From IMG/VR virus record IMGVR_UViG_3300014541_000001, positions 9,504 through 73,503 of that record: DNA of 64,000 nucleotides; one strand, 5' to 3'. Made by a program: the position numbers and the translations under genes. This DNA is from a virus. The notes below the pieces were generated by a model. The model worked only from the letters and a program-made list of their open reading frames with translations, ran no database searches and was not told the origin of the DNA. Of this stretch, positions 20,256-30,256 are shown piece after piece (within the stretch, counting starts at the first letter, position 1; every line of letters begins with the position of its first letter).

Positions 20256-20952
20256 AATTTAATAATTCTAATATTGCACAAACATACTCTCTTACTATAT
20301 CTGTATTGAGTATTGTAGATACATTCCTTGCACCATTTGCTAATCCATTGATTACAAGATTAACATCCTTGCCTTTAAAGGTTAATACCTTCCTTCCTAC
20401 ATATTGACTGTAGTCCCTACTTGCATTTGAATTAGGGTCAAATATAGCACCATTAGCTATAATAGCCTGTTTAAGTACACCATCACCTTGAAGGTCATAT
20501 AAAGCTGGCATATTTGGTGCTTTTCTATACTCATCATTATACCAGTCAATGAAAGCATTACTTATGGTCAACACAGTATCAGTGAATGTATGAGCCAATC
20601 CATAGGAACCTTTTCTATAGTTGAACTTGAGTATGTTGTTGGTAAACAGGTAATCAAGGAACTTACTTGATAATTCCTTTGTGAAATATTCATTCGAGAT
20701 GTAATTATTCTGTTCTATAGGAAAGTTATCCCTCTTATTGCTGCCATTAGCACCAATATTCTCCATTCTTCTATAAGGACCACCACTAAGTGATTCTGTA
20801 CCCATATACCTTTCAAGTTCAAGACAGAATAACTGCCATATAGGTTCATCAAATCCTACTGTAAGACTACTCATAGTATTATTGATAGGACCACTACCAG
20901 TACACACACTTCTGAACTTAAAGTCAAAGTCAATACCACTTACATGACTCAT
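20188..20952 (-). CDS. hypothetical protein (start trimmed to MSHVSGIDFDF)
   Basis: The upstream part of the ORF overlaps the opposite-strand LAGLIDADG gene start. Confidence 0.4.
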   Translation of the reverse strand: MSHVSGIDFDFKFRSVCTGSGPINNTMSSLTVGFDEPIWQLFCLELERYMGTESLSGGPYRRMENIGANGSNKRDNFPIEQNNYISNEYFTKELSSKFLDYLFTNNILKFNYRKGSYGLAHTFTDTVLTISNAFIDWYNDEYRKAPNMPALYDLQGDGVLKQAIIANGAIFDPNSNASRDYSQYVGRKVLTFKGKDVNLVINGLANGARNVSTILNTDIVREYVCAILELLNYEYGNSKKAKSGIDKKKTRFTL

Positions 20953-21042
20953 TTTGTTATCTCTTAGGCTCTTTATCCTAAGAATCTTACTCTTCAGTTT
21001 TAAGTATTTTAATAAAGTTATTGTATCTCTCATGTATTTATC

Positions 21043-21053
21043 TTATATTTGCA
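21043..21053 (+). promoter_or_regulatory. Bacteroidetes-type -7 promoter box TTAtaTTTGCA
   Basis: Matches the recurring TTAnnTTTGCA motif; lies 17 nt upstream of the LAGLIDADG ATG. Confidence 0.45.
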
Positions 21054-21070
21054 GTCTAAATGCAAATATT

Positions 21071-21718
21071 ATGAGTAAATATTTAAGAAATAAAAATTAC
21101 TTTGATGTAATTGATACATATGCAAAAGCATATATTGTTGGATTTATTGCAGCTGATGGCTCTATAGTTAAATCATCAAGAGGCAATTCATATTACCTTA
21201 CTATAACTATCAGATATGAAGATAAAGATATATTAAACTTTATCAAACAGGAACTAGGTTCCTCACATAAACTAACAGAAATAAACAAGATAGGAGGTTT
21301 TGGCAAACCAATACATCATATTAGGTTAAGCATAGGTAGTACTAACTTAATAAGAGGATTAAACCAAGTAGGTCTATACTCTAATAAGAGTCTAACCATG
21401 GGTAATATAATAGAAAATATCCCTCAACAATATAGAGGAGCTTTCATCATAGGTTATATAGATGGTGATGGTTCTATAACCAGAGTATCTAATTCTCCAA
21501 ATAATAAAAGCCTCAATATACAAATAAGAGGGACAAGAGAATTTCTAAAAGGGATTACCTCAACCTTAGAAATGCCTGATACATATATATCACAATATGA
21601 CTCCATTCCTCAATTATCAATTACACACAAAAAATACCAAAGGACTCTATTTTCATATTATGAAAATCTTCCTTTCTACTACACTAGAAAATATAATAAA
21701 TTTCTAGGATACTTATAA
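21071..21718 (+). CDS. LAGLIDADG homing endonuclease (two-motif, monomeric type)
   Basis: YIVGFIAADGSIV and IIGYIDGDGSIT; the only plus-strand gene inside the 41-kb minus-strand block. Confidence 0.8.
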   Translation: MSKYLRNKNYFDVIDTYAKAYIVGFIAADGSIVKSSRGNSYYLTITIRYEDKDILNFIKQELGSSHKLTEINKIGGFGKPIHHIRLSIGSTNLIRGLNQVGLYSNKSLTMGNIIENIPQQYRGAFIIGYIDGDGSITRVSNSPNNKSLNIQIRGTREFLKGITSTLEMPDTYISQYDSIPQLSITHKKYQRTLFSYYENLPFYYTRKYNKFLGYL

Positions 21719-21908
21719 GTAAGTTCAGACTATATCATCACCTATAAATTATAGGGCTGGGCACTCGTGTCTCTATTATATTCTGCAATTAGCAGTTTCA
21801 AGAGTTAGTCGTTGAACCTTCAAAGAGCTTTTAAACTCTAAGCTTGGCTGCTGATTGTCCTGTACAAGGAGTTTCCAGCAATTCACCCAGTTTTTTATGC
21901 ACTGTCTT

Positions 21909-22439
21909 TTAATGCATATAATCAGACTGCATATGTACAACATCATACTCTGATCTGTTCATTTTGAACCAGCCTTTGCCTTTACCTTCCCATGTTACAG
22001 GAACCTTTGCCCACAGATTATCAACTTCTACAGTTCTATCATATTCATTCCTGATAGTTACATGAGGAAAATGTACTATAATAGGTATGTCTATGAACCA
22101 TCTATTCCCTATGAACTCTTTTATATAGTTAACATACCTGTCAAATATACTTTCATTAGTAACTAAGGACATACTTCCTGCTGCTACTCTGAAATTATTT
22201 AATAGGTTAGAATCAGCATGTCCTCTATAATATTGAGTGTTAGCAAAGTCACTTGTATTACCAACTATCTCATACAAGTTGTTAGTTTCAAGTAAGTTAA
22301 TAAAGTCTTCCAAGCTAATAGGCTGTAAATCCACTCTTTCCTCACCATAGAAGTCATTGAATATATCTGTGACTGCTCTTGGAAGTTCAAGCAACTCTCG
22401 ATAAAGAGCTTCTATCTTTTGTTTCAATTCTTCATTCAT
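21909..22439 (-). CDS. hypothetical protein
   Basis: 176-aa ORF. Confidence 0.45.
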   Translation of the reverse strand: MNEELKQKIEALYRELLELPRAVTDIFNDFYGEERVDLQPISLEDFINLLETNNLYEIVGNTSDFANTQYYRGHADSNLLNNFRVAAGSMSLVTNESIFDRYVNYIKEFIGNRWFIDIPIIVHFPHVTIRNEYDRTVEVDNLWAKVPVTWEGKGKGWFKMNRSEYDVVHMQSDYMH

Positions 22440-22453
22440 AACAATTTAGTTAC

Positions 22454-22488
22454 AAGAAAAAAAGAAGGAGAAAGTCATTGGACTCTCC
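22454..22488 (-). terminator. intrinsic terminator (minus strand)
   Basis: Hairpin GGAGAGTCCAATGACTTTCTCC followed by TTCTTTTTTTCTT on the minus strand. Confidence 0.5.
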
Positions 22489-22506
22489 CCTTCATCTCAT
22501 TCAGCC

Positions 22507-23208
22507 TTATTTTGCAAAGGCAAACATTTCATCAATATCTCTCTTGGACATCTTTTCAGATGCAGGAGCTTCTGATGCACCACCATTCAGAAGACCCATA
22601 ACTTTGTCATAAGTATCTTCTTCAATGGTATCATTACCATACAAGTCTTCAACAAGAGCTTTCAAAGCTTCTTCACAGTTGCCTGATGCTGGTGCTGCCG
22701 GAGCCACAGGAGCTGTTTCCTCTTTCTTAGCTTCTGCAACATGTTTCTTTGCAGCTTTCTTTGCTACAGGAGCAGGAGCCGGAGCTTCAACTTTTGCTTC
22801 TTTTTTACCCTGTGATTCAATTAAGTCAATCAAGTCTTGAGTCTTACACATGGTGAAGTTCTTACCAAACTTTACTACACAAGCAGCTTGCAAGCCATTA
22901 GCCTTGATTGCATCATAGGCTTCACTTCTTGTCATAGCACCTGACTTGATTTTCTTTTCAGGAGCAGTCAACAGGAATGTCAAATCATTGACAATCTGAC
23001 CTTTGTAAGGGATATTGGTAGGCAGTGGAGCTGCATCATCTTTCAATTCAGCTCTCATGTGACCTTCAAAGAAAGTCATACCTTCATAGTTGATACCAAG
23101 TTCTCTCATTTCAGCCTTTAATTCACCAAGGTTTGTAGCACTGGATGCCTGAATAACTGATTGTTTCTGAGTCTTGTTATTGATAATTGTTACTTTACGA
23201 GTTTCCAT
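22507..23208 (-). CDS. hypothetical protein with Ala/Pro/Lys-rich linker (possible DNA-binding)
   Basis: EAPAPAPVAKKAAKKHVAEAKKEETAPVAPAAP. Confidence 0.45.
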   Translation of the reverse strand: METRKVTIINNKTQKQSVIQASSATNLGELKAEMRELGINYEGMTFFEGHMRAELKDDAAPLPTNIPYKGQIVNDLTFLLTAPEKKIKSGAMTRSEAYDAIKANGLQAACVVKFGKNFTMCKTQDLIDLIESQGKKEAKVEAPAPAPVAKKAAKKHVAEAKKEETAPVAPAAPASGNCEEALKALVEDLYGNDTIEEDTYDKVMGLLNGGASEAPASEKMSKRDIDEMFAFAK

Positions 23209-23229
23209 AATGTTTTCTGTTTTAAAATG

Positions 23230-24240
23230 TTACTTGAATAGACCTAAAATTATTTCTTTGAACAACTCTTTGTTCTGGAGCTGCTTGTAGAGGTCTGCTA
23301 CATCTTTTGCCCCATTTATATTAGGTAAGATTAAGTTAGTGAATCCAGTAGACTCTGATAGTTTCTCTCCATCTTTGAGACCAGCTTCATCATTATCCAG
23401 TAGTATATAGACCTCTCTATATCTCCTTCTTAATTCACTAACTGCTGTTTCACTCATGCCATAGCCCTCACCTTGTATAGCTATAGCTGGAATGCCTGTA
23501 TTAGCCCACAGGCAGAGGGCATCCTTCATACTTGAACAAATACAGATTCTTGCACCAAACTCTGGTACTTTAGTCCATAAACTTATAACAGACCTGTCAT
23601 GTCTGTTACTCCATTTATATCCCTTAGTATTGAATGGTTGGTATATCTTAAGTGTGATATTGCCTTCTTTTCTTTCAACATAGGCATAGGCATATTTGTC
23701 TGCTCCGAACACATACTCTTGACCATTCTTTATCACTATCTTATGACTTATAGGATATATATCAGCATAATCTAGCCATTCTAAGGTTATCCCAAAGGAT
23801 TCCCAGAACTCTATGTCATGCTTAGCCCAAGGTCTTACCTTGCACTTCAAGTCTATTGACTTTGGTTGTTTATGAAGTACCTTATCTGAATACTCTGTAG
23901 TTTTAACATTGAACACTGGATTGGTACTGGAGAAATTAGGTAAGTCCTCCCATACTCTGGTTAATACCTGTATGTAACTCACCCCCCAATATAAGCCAAG
24001 TAGGTCCCATAGACCCCCTCTATCTCTTGTTGCATAGTCTACAAAGTGAACTCTTTTTCCATCAGATGAATATAGACCAAAAGAAGGTTTTCTATCTTGC
24101 CTTAATGGAGAGTTTATTATCACAGGTAGTTCACTAACACCAAAATAGTGATTGAGTACATCAAATTCACTTACTTTATTGAGCAATTCTTCCAAGGTTA
24201 CACTTGCACTTGTTCTTCCAATCATAGCTTGTATCTCCAA
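23230..24240 (-). CDS. DnaG-like primase (TOPRIM domain)
   Basis: TOPRIM acidic motifs: ...QGEGYG...EVYILLDNDEAG. Confidence 0.6.
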   Translation of the reverse strand: MEIQAMIGRTSASVTLEELLNKVSEFDVLNHYFGVSELPVIINSPLRQDRKPSFGLYSSDGKRVHFVDYATRDRGGLWDLLGLYWGVSYIQVLTRVWEDLPNFSSTNPVFNVKTTEYSDKVLHKQPKSIDLKCKVRPWAKHDIEFWESFGITLEWLDYADIYPISHKIVIKNGQEYVFGADKYAYAYVERKEGNITLKIYQPFNTKGYKWSNRHDRSVISLWTKVPEFGARICICSSMKDALCLWANTGIPAIAIQGEGYGMSETAVSELRRRYREVYILLDNDEAGLKDGEKLSESTGFTNLILPNINGAKDVADLYKQLQNKELFKEIILGLFK

Positions 24241-24734
24241 ATAAATCCGTATGCAGTTTTAGTTCTACCCTTACAACAAGTTGTAATATTAGAGTGATTA
24301 AACCCTAATACATCTTCTACTTCTTTTGCAGAAGACCACTCATTGACAAGTATATTATCCAAATCATATTGCAGAATGGGTCTAACAATTCTTATTGAAT
24401 CACATACATTTTTCAATTTAATCCTTGTTATAGGATTATTTTGATTCTGTGTATGTGTAACCCATCTCAAATTATTAGAATTATTATTTTCCACAATAGT
24501 ATCTATATGGTCAACCTCTGTATAACCATTAGGATTTGATATAAAGTTAACAGCAACAAGCTTATGGACTTTCAATACCTTACTAATAGGATTATTATGT
24601 AGATGTACTTGTAAATATCCACTTTTATCTCTCCCATATTTCAGTATTCTTCCTGTCTTATTTCTTTTAACTCTTCCAAAATTACTTACAGAGTAGTTAG
24701 GGAACTGCTCTATGATTTTCCAAACTTCATCCAT
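24222..24734 (-). CDS. HNH homing endonuclease (NUMOD4 + HNH)
   Basis: WKIIEQFPNYSVSNFGRVKRN; HKLVAVNFISNPNGYTEVDHID...NNSNNLRWVT. Confidence 0.75.
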   Translation of the reverse strand: MDEVWKIIEQFPNYSVSNFGRVKRNKTGRILKYGRDKSGYLQVHLHNNPISKVLKVHKLVAVNFISNPNGYTEVDHIDTIVENNNSNNLRWVTHTQNQNNPITRIKLKNVCDSIRIVRPILQYDLDNILVNEWSSAKEVEDVLGFNHSNITTCCKGRTKTAYGFIWRYKL

Positions 24735-24758
24735 ACCAGTTCAGTGTTCAATGTTGTT

Positions 24759-25688
24759 TTACTTATTCCAAGCAGCCCAAGGTGCATTAGCAGGAGCTGA
24801 TTTAGCACCAAGAGGGTCATTTGCAGGTGATGAAAAGTCTGTACTTTCAACTGTGTATTCCTTGATTGGTTCAGCAAGGAATTCTACAGAAGGATATGCA
24901 CCAGCATTCTTTCTTGCCTGCAAATCTTCATCAAGTTTTGAGTAATCATTGACCATGTTCTTCAAGAACTTCTTAGTATAAACTGCTTGATACTGATTAT
25001 TATCATCAGTAGTTCTTACACCAAACATAACCTTTACTCTGTTGTTTGGTTGTAGACCAATTACACTCTTAAGTTCACTGACATCACCTCTGAAATAAGA
25101 CTCAATTTTGTCAAGTTTTGCTTCTGCATCAGCCAGATTCTTGATAAAGACTACTTCATTTCCTTTCCTATATGACTTACTAGGAATGTTAAGGAATGCT
25201 TTAATGAAGGCAGTCAGGTCAGCTTCACCAATATAAGTTGGTCTCATACCTGATGTATCATACCATTTCATGTTATCAGGAATTGGTTCTGTACCTTCAA
25301 CACATGCAATAGGCAAATAGGTTGATTCACCATATTTATTGATTACTTCTACCTTGCTTCTATCCCTGTTGAAGTTCATTGCTTTGCTTAGGAAGAATGT
25401 AATCCTATCAGTCAATTCAACTCCACATTTTTCAGCATCAGTCTTAACAATAAAGTCAATCCTGATTTGAGGTACTTTAACTCTGTCTCCTTCAGGACCT
25501 ACTTCACCTTCACCTATATAGACAGGAGCATCATCAAGTGTTCTATTGAACAGTTTTTCATACTCTGCCTTGTTAGGATTGACACCAACAATGAATACCG
25601 GTGCTACACCAATATATAGTTTCTTTACTCTGTCTTTGCTTTCTGAACCAGAAGCAAATGCCATCATGGCTACACTTTTATTCTTCAT
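24759..25688 (-). CDS. hypothetical protein (possible ssDNA-binding protein)
   Basis: Position between primase and helicase genes; no diagnostic motif. Confidence 0.35.
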   Translation of the reverse strand: MKNKSVAMMAFASGSESKDRVKKLYIGVAPVFIVGVNPNKAEYEKLFNRTLDDAPVYIGEGEVGPEGDRVKVPQIRIDFIVKTDAEKCGVELTDRITFFLSKAMNFNRDRSKVEVINKYGESTYLPIACVEGTEPIPDNMKWYDTSGMRPTYIGEADLTAFIKAFLNIPSKSYRKGNEVVFIKNLADAEAKLDKIESYFRGDVSELKSVIGLQPNNRVKVMFGVRTTDDNNQYQAVYTKKFLKNMVNDYSKLDEDLQARKNAGAYPSVEFLAEPIKEYTVESTDFSSPANDPLGAKSAPANAPWAAWNK

Positions 25689-25711
25689 TTCTTATTATGA
25701 TTTAAATGATT

Positions 25712-26083
25712 TTACAAATAAGGAATAGGCTCATCACCTACAGGTGCAAGAGGAGACTCTACAGTAGGGTCAATAGTACCTGCTTCTTCAGCAGGTACTT
25801 CAACTTCTTCTACTACAGCGCCTTCATCAACAGTACCTTCAGGTGCAGCTTCTGTTGCTTCTGCCACAGCCATTGCTCCATTCAGAATTTCTTCTGATGT
25901 GAAGCCACCTGACATCTTGATGATAGGAGCTTCAAAGCTGTCAATTACCACGTTTACTGTATCAAGTTCTGCTTGAAGCTCGGCTATCTTGGTCTCAAGT
26001 TTAGCTTTCTTTCTCCTTTGCATACTAACATTCTGAGCAGTTCTTTTAACTGCTGCAAGTTCGAATTTACTAAGTTCTTTCAT
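25712..26083 (-). CDS. hypothetical protein with acidic C-terminus
   Basis: 123-aa ORF. Confidence 0.4.
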   Translation of the reverse strand: MKELSKFELAAVKRTAQNVSMQRRKKAKLETKIAELQAELDTVNVVIDSFEAPIIKMSGGFTSEEILNGAMAVAEATEAAPEGTVDEGAVVEEVEVPAEEAGTIDPTVESPLAPVGDEPIPYL

Positions 26084-26088
26084 AATGT

Positions 26089-26376
26089 TTAAAATATTTG
26101 CAACAACCTTCTGCTACCTTGAGGTTCAAGCATATTTTGTGCTGCATATAATTTGTTTATCGAAAATTCTTTCTCTGCCATCTCTAATGCATCAAGATAC
26201 AAGTTAAGTAAGAATCCCATTCGAGTTGCTGTCATGACTAACAACTTAGTTGAATCTGGATTCTTACCATTATGCAAGCACCAGTTGGCTATGAATGATT
26301 GTGCCAGTACAACATTAATTGAAGCACCCTGTGAATTTACTCTTATGGATTCTTGTAAAACTTCTTCTCGTGTCAT
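26089..26376 (-). CDS. hypothetical protein
   Basis: 95-aa ORF. Confidence 0.4.
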   Translation of the reverse strand: MTREEVLQESIRVNSQGASINVVLAQSFIANWCLHNGKNPDSTKLLVMTATRMGFLLNLYLDALEMAEKEFSINKLYAAQNMLEPQGSRRLLQIF

Positions 26377-27095
26377 TATATCTTATAATATTTTCTGACA
26401 GCATCATCTACAAGTTTCAAACTGTTAGGTATTTCAAACTTGTCAAACATACCAAGAGGAGTCTTTGCACTTGAGTGATTAGCTTTAGTCTGAAACCAAT
26501 ACTTGTTGTCACCATTATCACCAAATTCAACCCTAGTCATTATGACTATAGGATAGAATCCTTCAGGTGGAGTCTTGGTCAGTTTCTTACCAATTACAGA
26601 GAACACAATCTTCTCTGTTCCATCAGGTTGAGTCTGCAACATAGTATGACCCATGATATATACTATCTGGTCTTCCCTAAGCAATGTATTACAGAGCATA
26701 TTCAGCTCAATAACATCATTTGCAGCATCTCTCCATTGGTCAAAGGTCATCTTCTTCCTGTCATTGAACTCCTTCATTGCAAGATAGATATTGATAGTAT
26801 CAATACTGACAGACTTAATGTGTTGCTGCTCTGCAATCCACTTAAGTATCTCTCTTATCTCTGCAAATGAAGTAGGTTCAGCATAATTACCCTTCTCCAA
26901 TTCCCACATACCTGCTGGTATTGGTAAATCCTTCCTGTCAAGATTCATAATGAAATGACTCTTTGGGTCCATACCTTGATAGTCCTCAAGGTTAAAGCTT
27001 CCATCAGGATTAATTACAGTTGAAGTGGTTTTACCATCACCACTTTGTCCTAAAATTGCTACTATTTTTGCCATTCTTAAATTATTTACCTGCAA
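26376..27095 (-). CDS. P-loop ATPase (AAA_24 / Sak4-like)
   Basis: Walker A AILGQSGDGKTT near the N-terminus; Walker B-like IVYIMGH. Confidence 0.55.
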   Translation of the reverse strand: MQVNNLRMAKIVAILGQSGDGKTTSTVINPDGSFNLEDYQGMDPKSHFIMNLDRKDLPIPAGMWELEKGNYAEPTSFAEIREILKWIAEQQHIKSVSIDTINIYLAMKEFNDRKKMTFDQWRDAANDVIELNMLCNTLLREDQIVYIMGHTMLQTQPDGTEKIVFSVIGKKLTKTPPEGFYPIVIMTRVEFGDNGDNKYWFQTKANHSSAKTPLGMFDKFEIPNSLKLVDDAVRKYYKI

Positions 27096-28326
27096 AGGTA
27101 AGGAATTTCTTCCACCTGTGCAAACTTACTTTCACTTTTCTAATTCCTCGCTGTCTACCAAAGGCTAACATTGCTACACTTGGCTTTCTCCTGACTACAG
27201 TGTCAATATACTCCATCACCTGCTTTAGCTGGTCTTTCTGTTCAGGTAAAGGCAATTCAGCAAATGAACTGACTGCACCATCAAAGAATAATGGACATAT
27301 TTGACCTGCTGAACCATTATCCCTGTCCTCAATAACATAAAGAAATCTTATATTATTTCTGAACTTGGTAATGTCATACTTCTCATGTTCTTGAAGACCA
27401 TACTTGAATGGACTATATAGACCTAATACTAAGTTAGCATCCCTAGTAGTTGTCTTACAGTCAGCTAATCCATCTGATGAAGGATATAGCTTGTTCAACT
27501 TCTGGTTCTCAATACCTTCCTGTGCCTGAGCCTGATGCTGAATAGCTATGAAGTTAAGGTCAAATGTGTCCCTTAATTCTATTGCATATTTACTCATCTT
27601 TTCAATGGTTTGCATCTTATTCATCCCACTCTCTTGCATAAGATTGGAATAATTATCAAGCACACAAAGAATGTATTCATTCTCATCCTTATATTGAAAG
27701 TAATCAATTACCTTTCCCTGCTCCATTTCACCAGTAAACTCATTCCTCTTTAGTCCAATCTTATACTGAAATGCTCCTCTGGTCAACATGTGATTCCTGA
27801 TATACTTATATATACCAGTAGGATTCCTTTCAGTATCAATATAGGACACCATTTCCTTGAACTTATTGATATACTCCTGATACTTATCAGATGCAATCAA
27901 GTCAAGGATTTCTTGAGGTACTGGCTTATCAGCTGAAGTACTCTTGAGGTCAGTAGGAGAGATTCTTATACCATCCAGCCTGAATAACAAGTGACAGAGA
28001 AACTCATAGAATTTCTCCTTTTTGCCCATTTCCAGAGTGAAATAAAGAACCTTTAACCTTAGTTGGTTAGGATGTTCTATGGTATAAAAGAAAGCCTCAT
28101 ACACAAATGTATAATCCACCAATTTGGATTTACCAACCTTCTGATTGGCTGTTACAATAGTGTATCTTCTCTTTTCTATGCCCGGGAGCCAGTTCCTAAG
28201 TCTGGGATAACATAATGGGATACAGTTAATTAACCCATGAAGTATCCTGTTCCTTCTAGTCACTAGTTCTTCTAGTGCCCTGTCAAAACTGTCTCCTGTA
28301 TCAGTTGATGCTACTTGTCCAGTCAT
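27082..28326 (-). CDS. DnaB-like replicative helicase
   Basis: YTIVTANQKVGKSKL (H1 Walker A); CVLDNYSNLMQ (H2); NFIAIQHQAQ (H3-like); DANLVLGLY (H4). Confidence 0.6.
   Translation of the reverse strand: MTGQVASTDTGDSFDRALEELVTRRNRILHGLINCIPLCYPRLRNWLPGIEKRRYTIVTANQKVGKSKLVDYTFVYEAFFYTIEHPNQLRLKVLYFTLEMGKKEKFYEFLCHLLFRLDGIRISPTDLKSTSADKPVPQEILDLIASDKYQEYINKFKEMVSYIDTERNPTGIYKYIRNHMLTRGAFQYKIGLKRNEFTGEMEQGKVIDYFQYKDENEYILCVLDNYSNLMQESGMNKMQTIEKMSKYAIELRDTFDLNFIAIQHQAQAQEGIENQKLNKLYPSSDGLADCKTTTRDANLVLGLYSPFKYGLQEHEKYDITKFRNNIRFLYVIEDRDNGSAGQICPLFFDGAVSSFAELPLPEQKDQLKQVMEYIDTVVRRKPSVAMLAFGRQRGIRKVKVSLHRWKKFLTFAGK
27091..27101 (-). promoter_or_regulatory. Bacteroidetes-type -7 promoter box (minus strand TTAccTTTGCA)
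   Basis: The reverse complement of tgcaaaggtaa is TTACCTTTGCA, 17 nt upstream of the ATPase ATG. Confidence 0.45.
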
Positions 28327-28897
28327 AACTATTTGGATTTACTTGGTCAGCATTCTCTATCCATTCAGCTAATTGAGAGACTTGAACTACTTCACCATCT
28401 CTATTTTCATCCTTCCAAATGAAGTACTTAAGTAACCTCAAGTACAGGTAACTACCATTGAATGATTCAACATATCTCTTGGTTGCATCCAAGATTTGTT
28501 CATCACTATAGTTATCACCATATCTTTTGAAGAATGATACCAGCTTCTTCTTGATGTCAGGGGTATTTCCCCTATAATAATAACTGGTTCCTTGCATCTT
28601 TCCTTCAGGATAAATCTCCCTTAGTTTGACTGCTAAATCAGCTATTCTATCCTGTGCAGACTGTGTAGGTCTGTCACTCTCAAGTACTACATCACTGAAT
28701 AGACTAATACCTCTATGAGTAATGGTGTATTTCTTGTCAAGTTCAAACATGGAACCATTAGCTCTAGTAATGTATCCCTTGTTGATTAGACCTTGATAAA
28801 CATCATCATTCCCATATTGTATAGCTCCTAATACTAGAACTTCCTCTTTGGTAACATTGTGCTTAGAACAGATTTCATCATCAATTCTCACAATCAT
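28301..28897 (-). CDS. hypothetical protein (possible helicase loader by position)
   Basis: 198-aa ORF overlapping the helicase start. Confidence 0.4.
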   Translation of the reverse strand: MIVRIDDEICSKHNVTKEEVLVLGAIQYGNDDVYQGLINKGYITRANGSMFELDKKYTITHRGISLFSDVVLESDRPTQSAQDRIADLAVKLREIYPEGKMQGTSYYYRGNTPDIKKKLVSFFKRYGDNYSDEQILDATKRYVESFNGSYLYLRLLKYFIWKDENRDGEVVQVSQLAEWIENADQVNPNSYDWTSSIN

Positions 28898-29005
28898 GTA
28901 TCAAAACCCCCATTTCTTGTGAAATAAAATATGGCTGCTAATACTACAGCAGCTACTATATACTGTGCAGTACTATGATGTGCTGCTAATAATATGATTG
29001 CCATC

Positions 29006-30256
29006 TTAAAATTCCGTTAGGTTATTTACTACTGTTATATACTCTGGGTCAATACCTTCAAGTGCCTTATTCAGATATTCTTCATCTCTTGTACCTTTAT
29101 AGTACATGATGTATATCTCTGGTTCATCAGCTCTCATGGCTCTACCAGATTTCTGAACAAAGGCTCTCTCCTGACCATCAAGTTGAATGATAACACCTGC
29201 CTCAATATCAGTTAGATTCTGTCCTTCTTGAATCATTCCAACAGCATAAAGGCTATTTATTTCCTTATTGTTGAACTTATCAATTATAGCTAAGGACTCT
29301 TTCTTCTTCTCTGAATGAATGGCATTTTCTCCACCTAGTTCATTTGCTTGCTCTATACTGGAACAGAAGCACACATATCTTTTACCGGCTAATTTAGCGA
29401 GTAGATAAGCAGCCTGACCCTTCTTTAGTTCTCCAAGGTATCTTTTCCTTTGTGAACCATATTGAAGCCATTTGTTCTTGATTGCTGTGCTCCTGTTTCT
29501 CATGAACAGGTTTCTCCAGTAATCAATCTTGGCATCAAACCAGTCATATTTCTGCTGCTCGGTGCATTGAATCTCCAGTCTCAAATTAGGATAATGGAAC
29601 TTATCTTTAAGATAATTCCACCTGTCCTTCATACTGCATTGAACTCTTCTCTTTAAGATGTCTTTGCCCCTCTCTTCAATGATTACCTGATTGGGGTAGG
29701 TGTTATCCAACTTCAAAGGAATGAGATAAATCTTTGGTTTAGGAAGTATGCCCCAGTCAATTGCTTGTTGCATACTGACTTTGAAGCTTACAAACTTGCC
29801 AAATATTCTGTTCAATTCAAGGATTGTATTAGTAGGTAATGTAGCTGAAAGTACAAGAACATTGTCACAGGTTATATCCTCAAGTATATCAAGCCTTAGG
29901 TCTGAATTTGAGTGATGACCTTCATCCAATATGATTAGGTCATAATGTTCATGCCTATGATTCTTAAGTGAAGCATAAGTGTCTACTGAAACCATTCTAT
30001 CCCATATATAATCCTCAACTTTCCACTTAGTAAACTCATCCTTCCAGTTCTTCTTATGTGCTGTTTCAGCTACAATAAGGAGTACTTTGAATGGAGTTCC
30101 CTGTCTGGTTTCAAGACTAATATATTCAAGGAATAAGTGCTTCAATATATCAATTGCTGCCTTACTTTTACCTAAACCAGTTGCCCATTGTAGAATCACT
30201 CTACCATGTTCTTTCATCAACTCAACTGCCTCATTTTGAATTTCTTGCTTATTCAT
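29006..30256 (-). CDS. SF2 DEAD/DEAH-box helicase
   Basis: Motif I ATGLGKSKAA; motif II LIILDEGHH; motif VI QKSGRAMR. Confidence 0.75.
   Translation of the reverse strand: MNKQEIQNEAVELMKEHGRVILQWATGLGKSKAAIDILKHLFLEYISLETRQGTPFKVLLIVAETAHKKNWKDEFTKWKVEDYIWDRMVSVDTYASLKNHRHEHYDLIILDEGHHSNSDLRLDILEDITCDNVLVLSATLPTNTILELNRIFGKFVSFKVSMQQAIDWGILPKPKIYLIPLKLDNTYPNQVIIEERGKDILKRRVQCSMKDRWNYLKDKFHYPNLRLEIQCTEQQKYDWFDAKIDYWRNLFMRNRSTAIKNKWLQYGSQRKRYLGELKKGQAAYLLAKLAGKRYVCFCSSIEQANELGGENAIHSEKKKESLAIIDKFNNKEINSLYAVGMIQEGQNLTDIEAGVIIQLDGQERAFVQKSGRAMRADEPEIYIMYYKGTRDEEYLNKALEGIDPEYITVVNNLTEF

Noticed and set aside
21719-21908. Group I intron carrying the LAGLIDADG gene
   Set aside because: The flanking minus-strand ORFs do not look like exons of one protein, and I could not recognise P/Q/R/S core elements by eye. 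Kept only as a low-probability note.
22488-22497. TGCCTTTGCA on the minus strand upstream of gene 21909..22439
   Set aside because: The -7 box lacks the TA start (TGccTTTG) and overlaps the preceding gene's terminator; not called.
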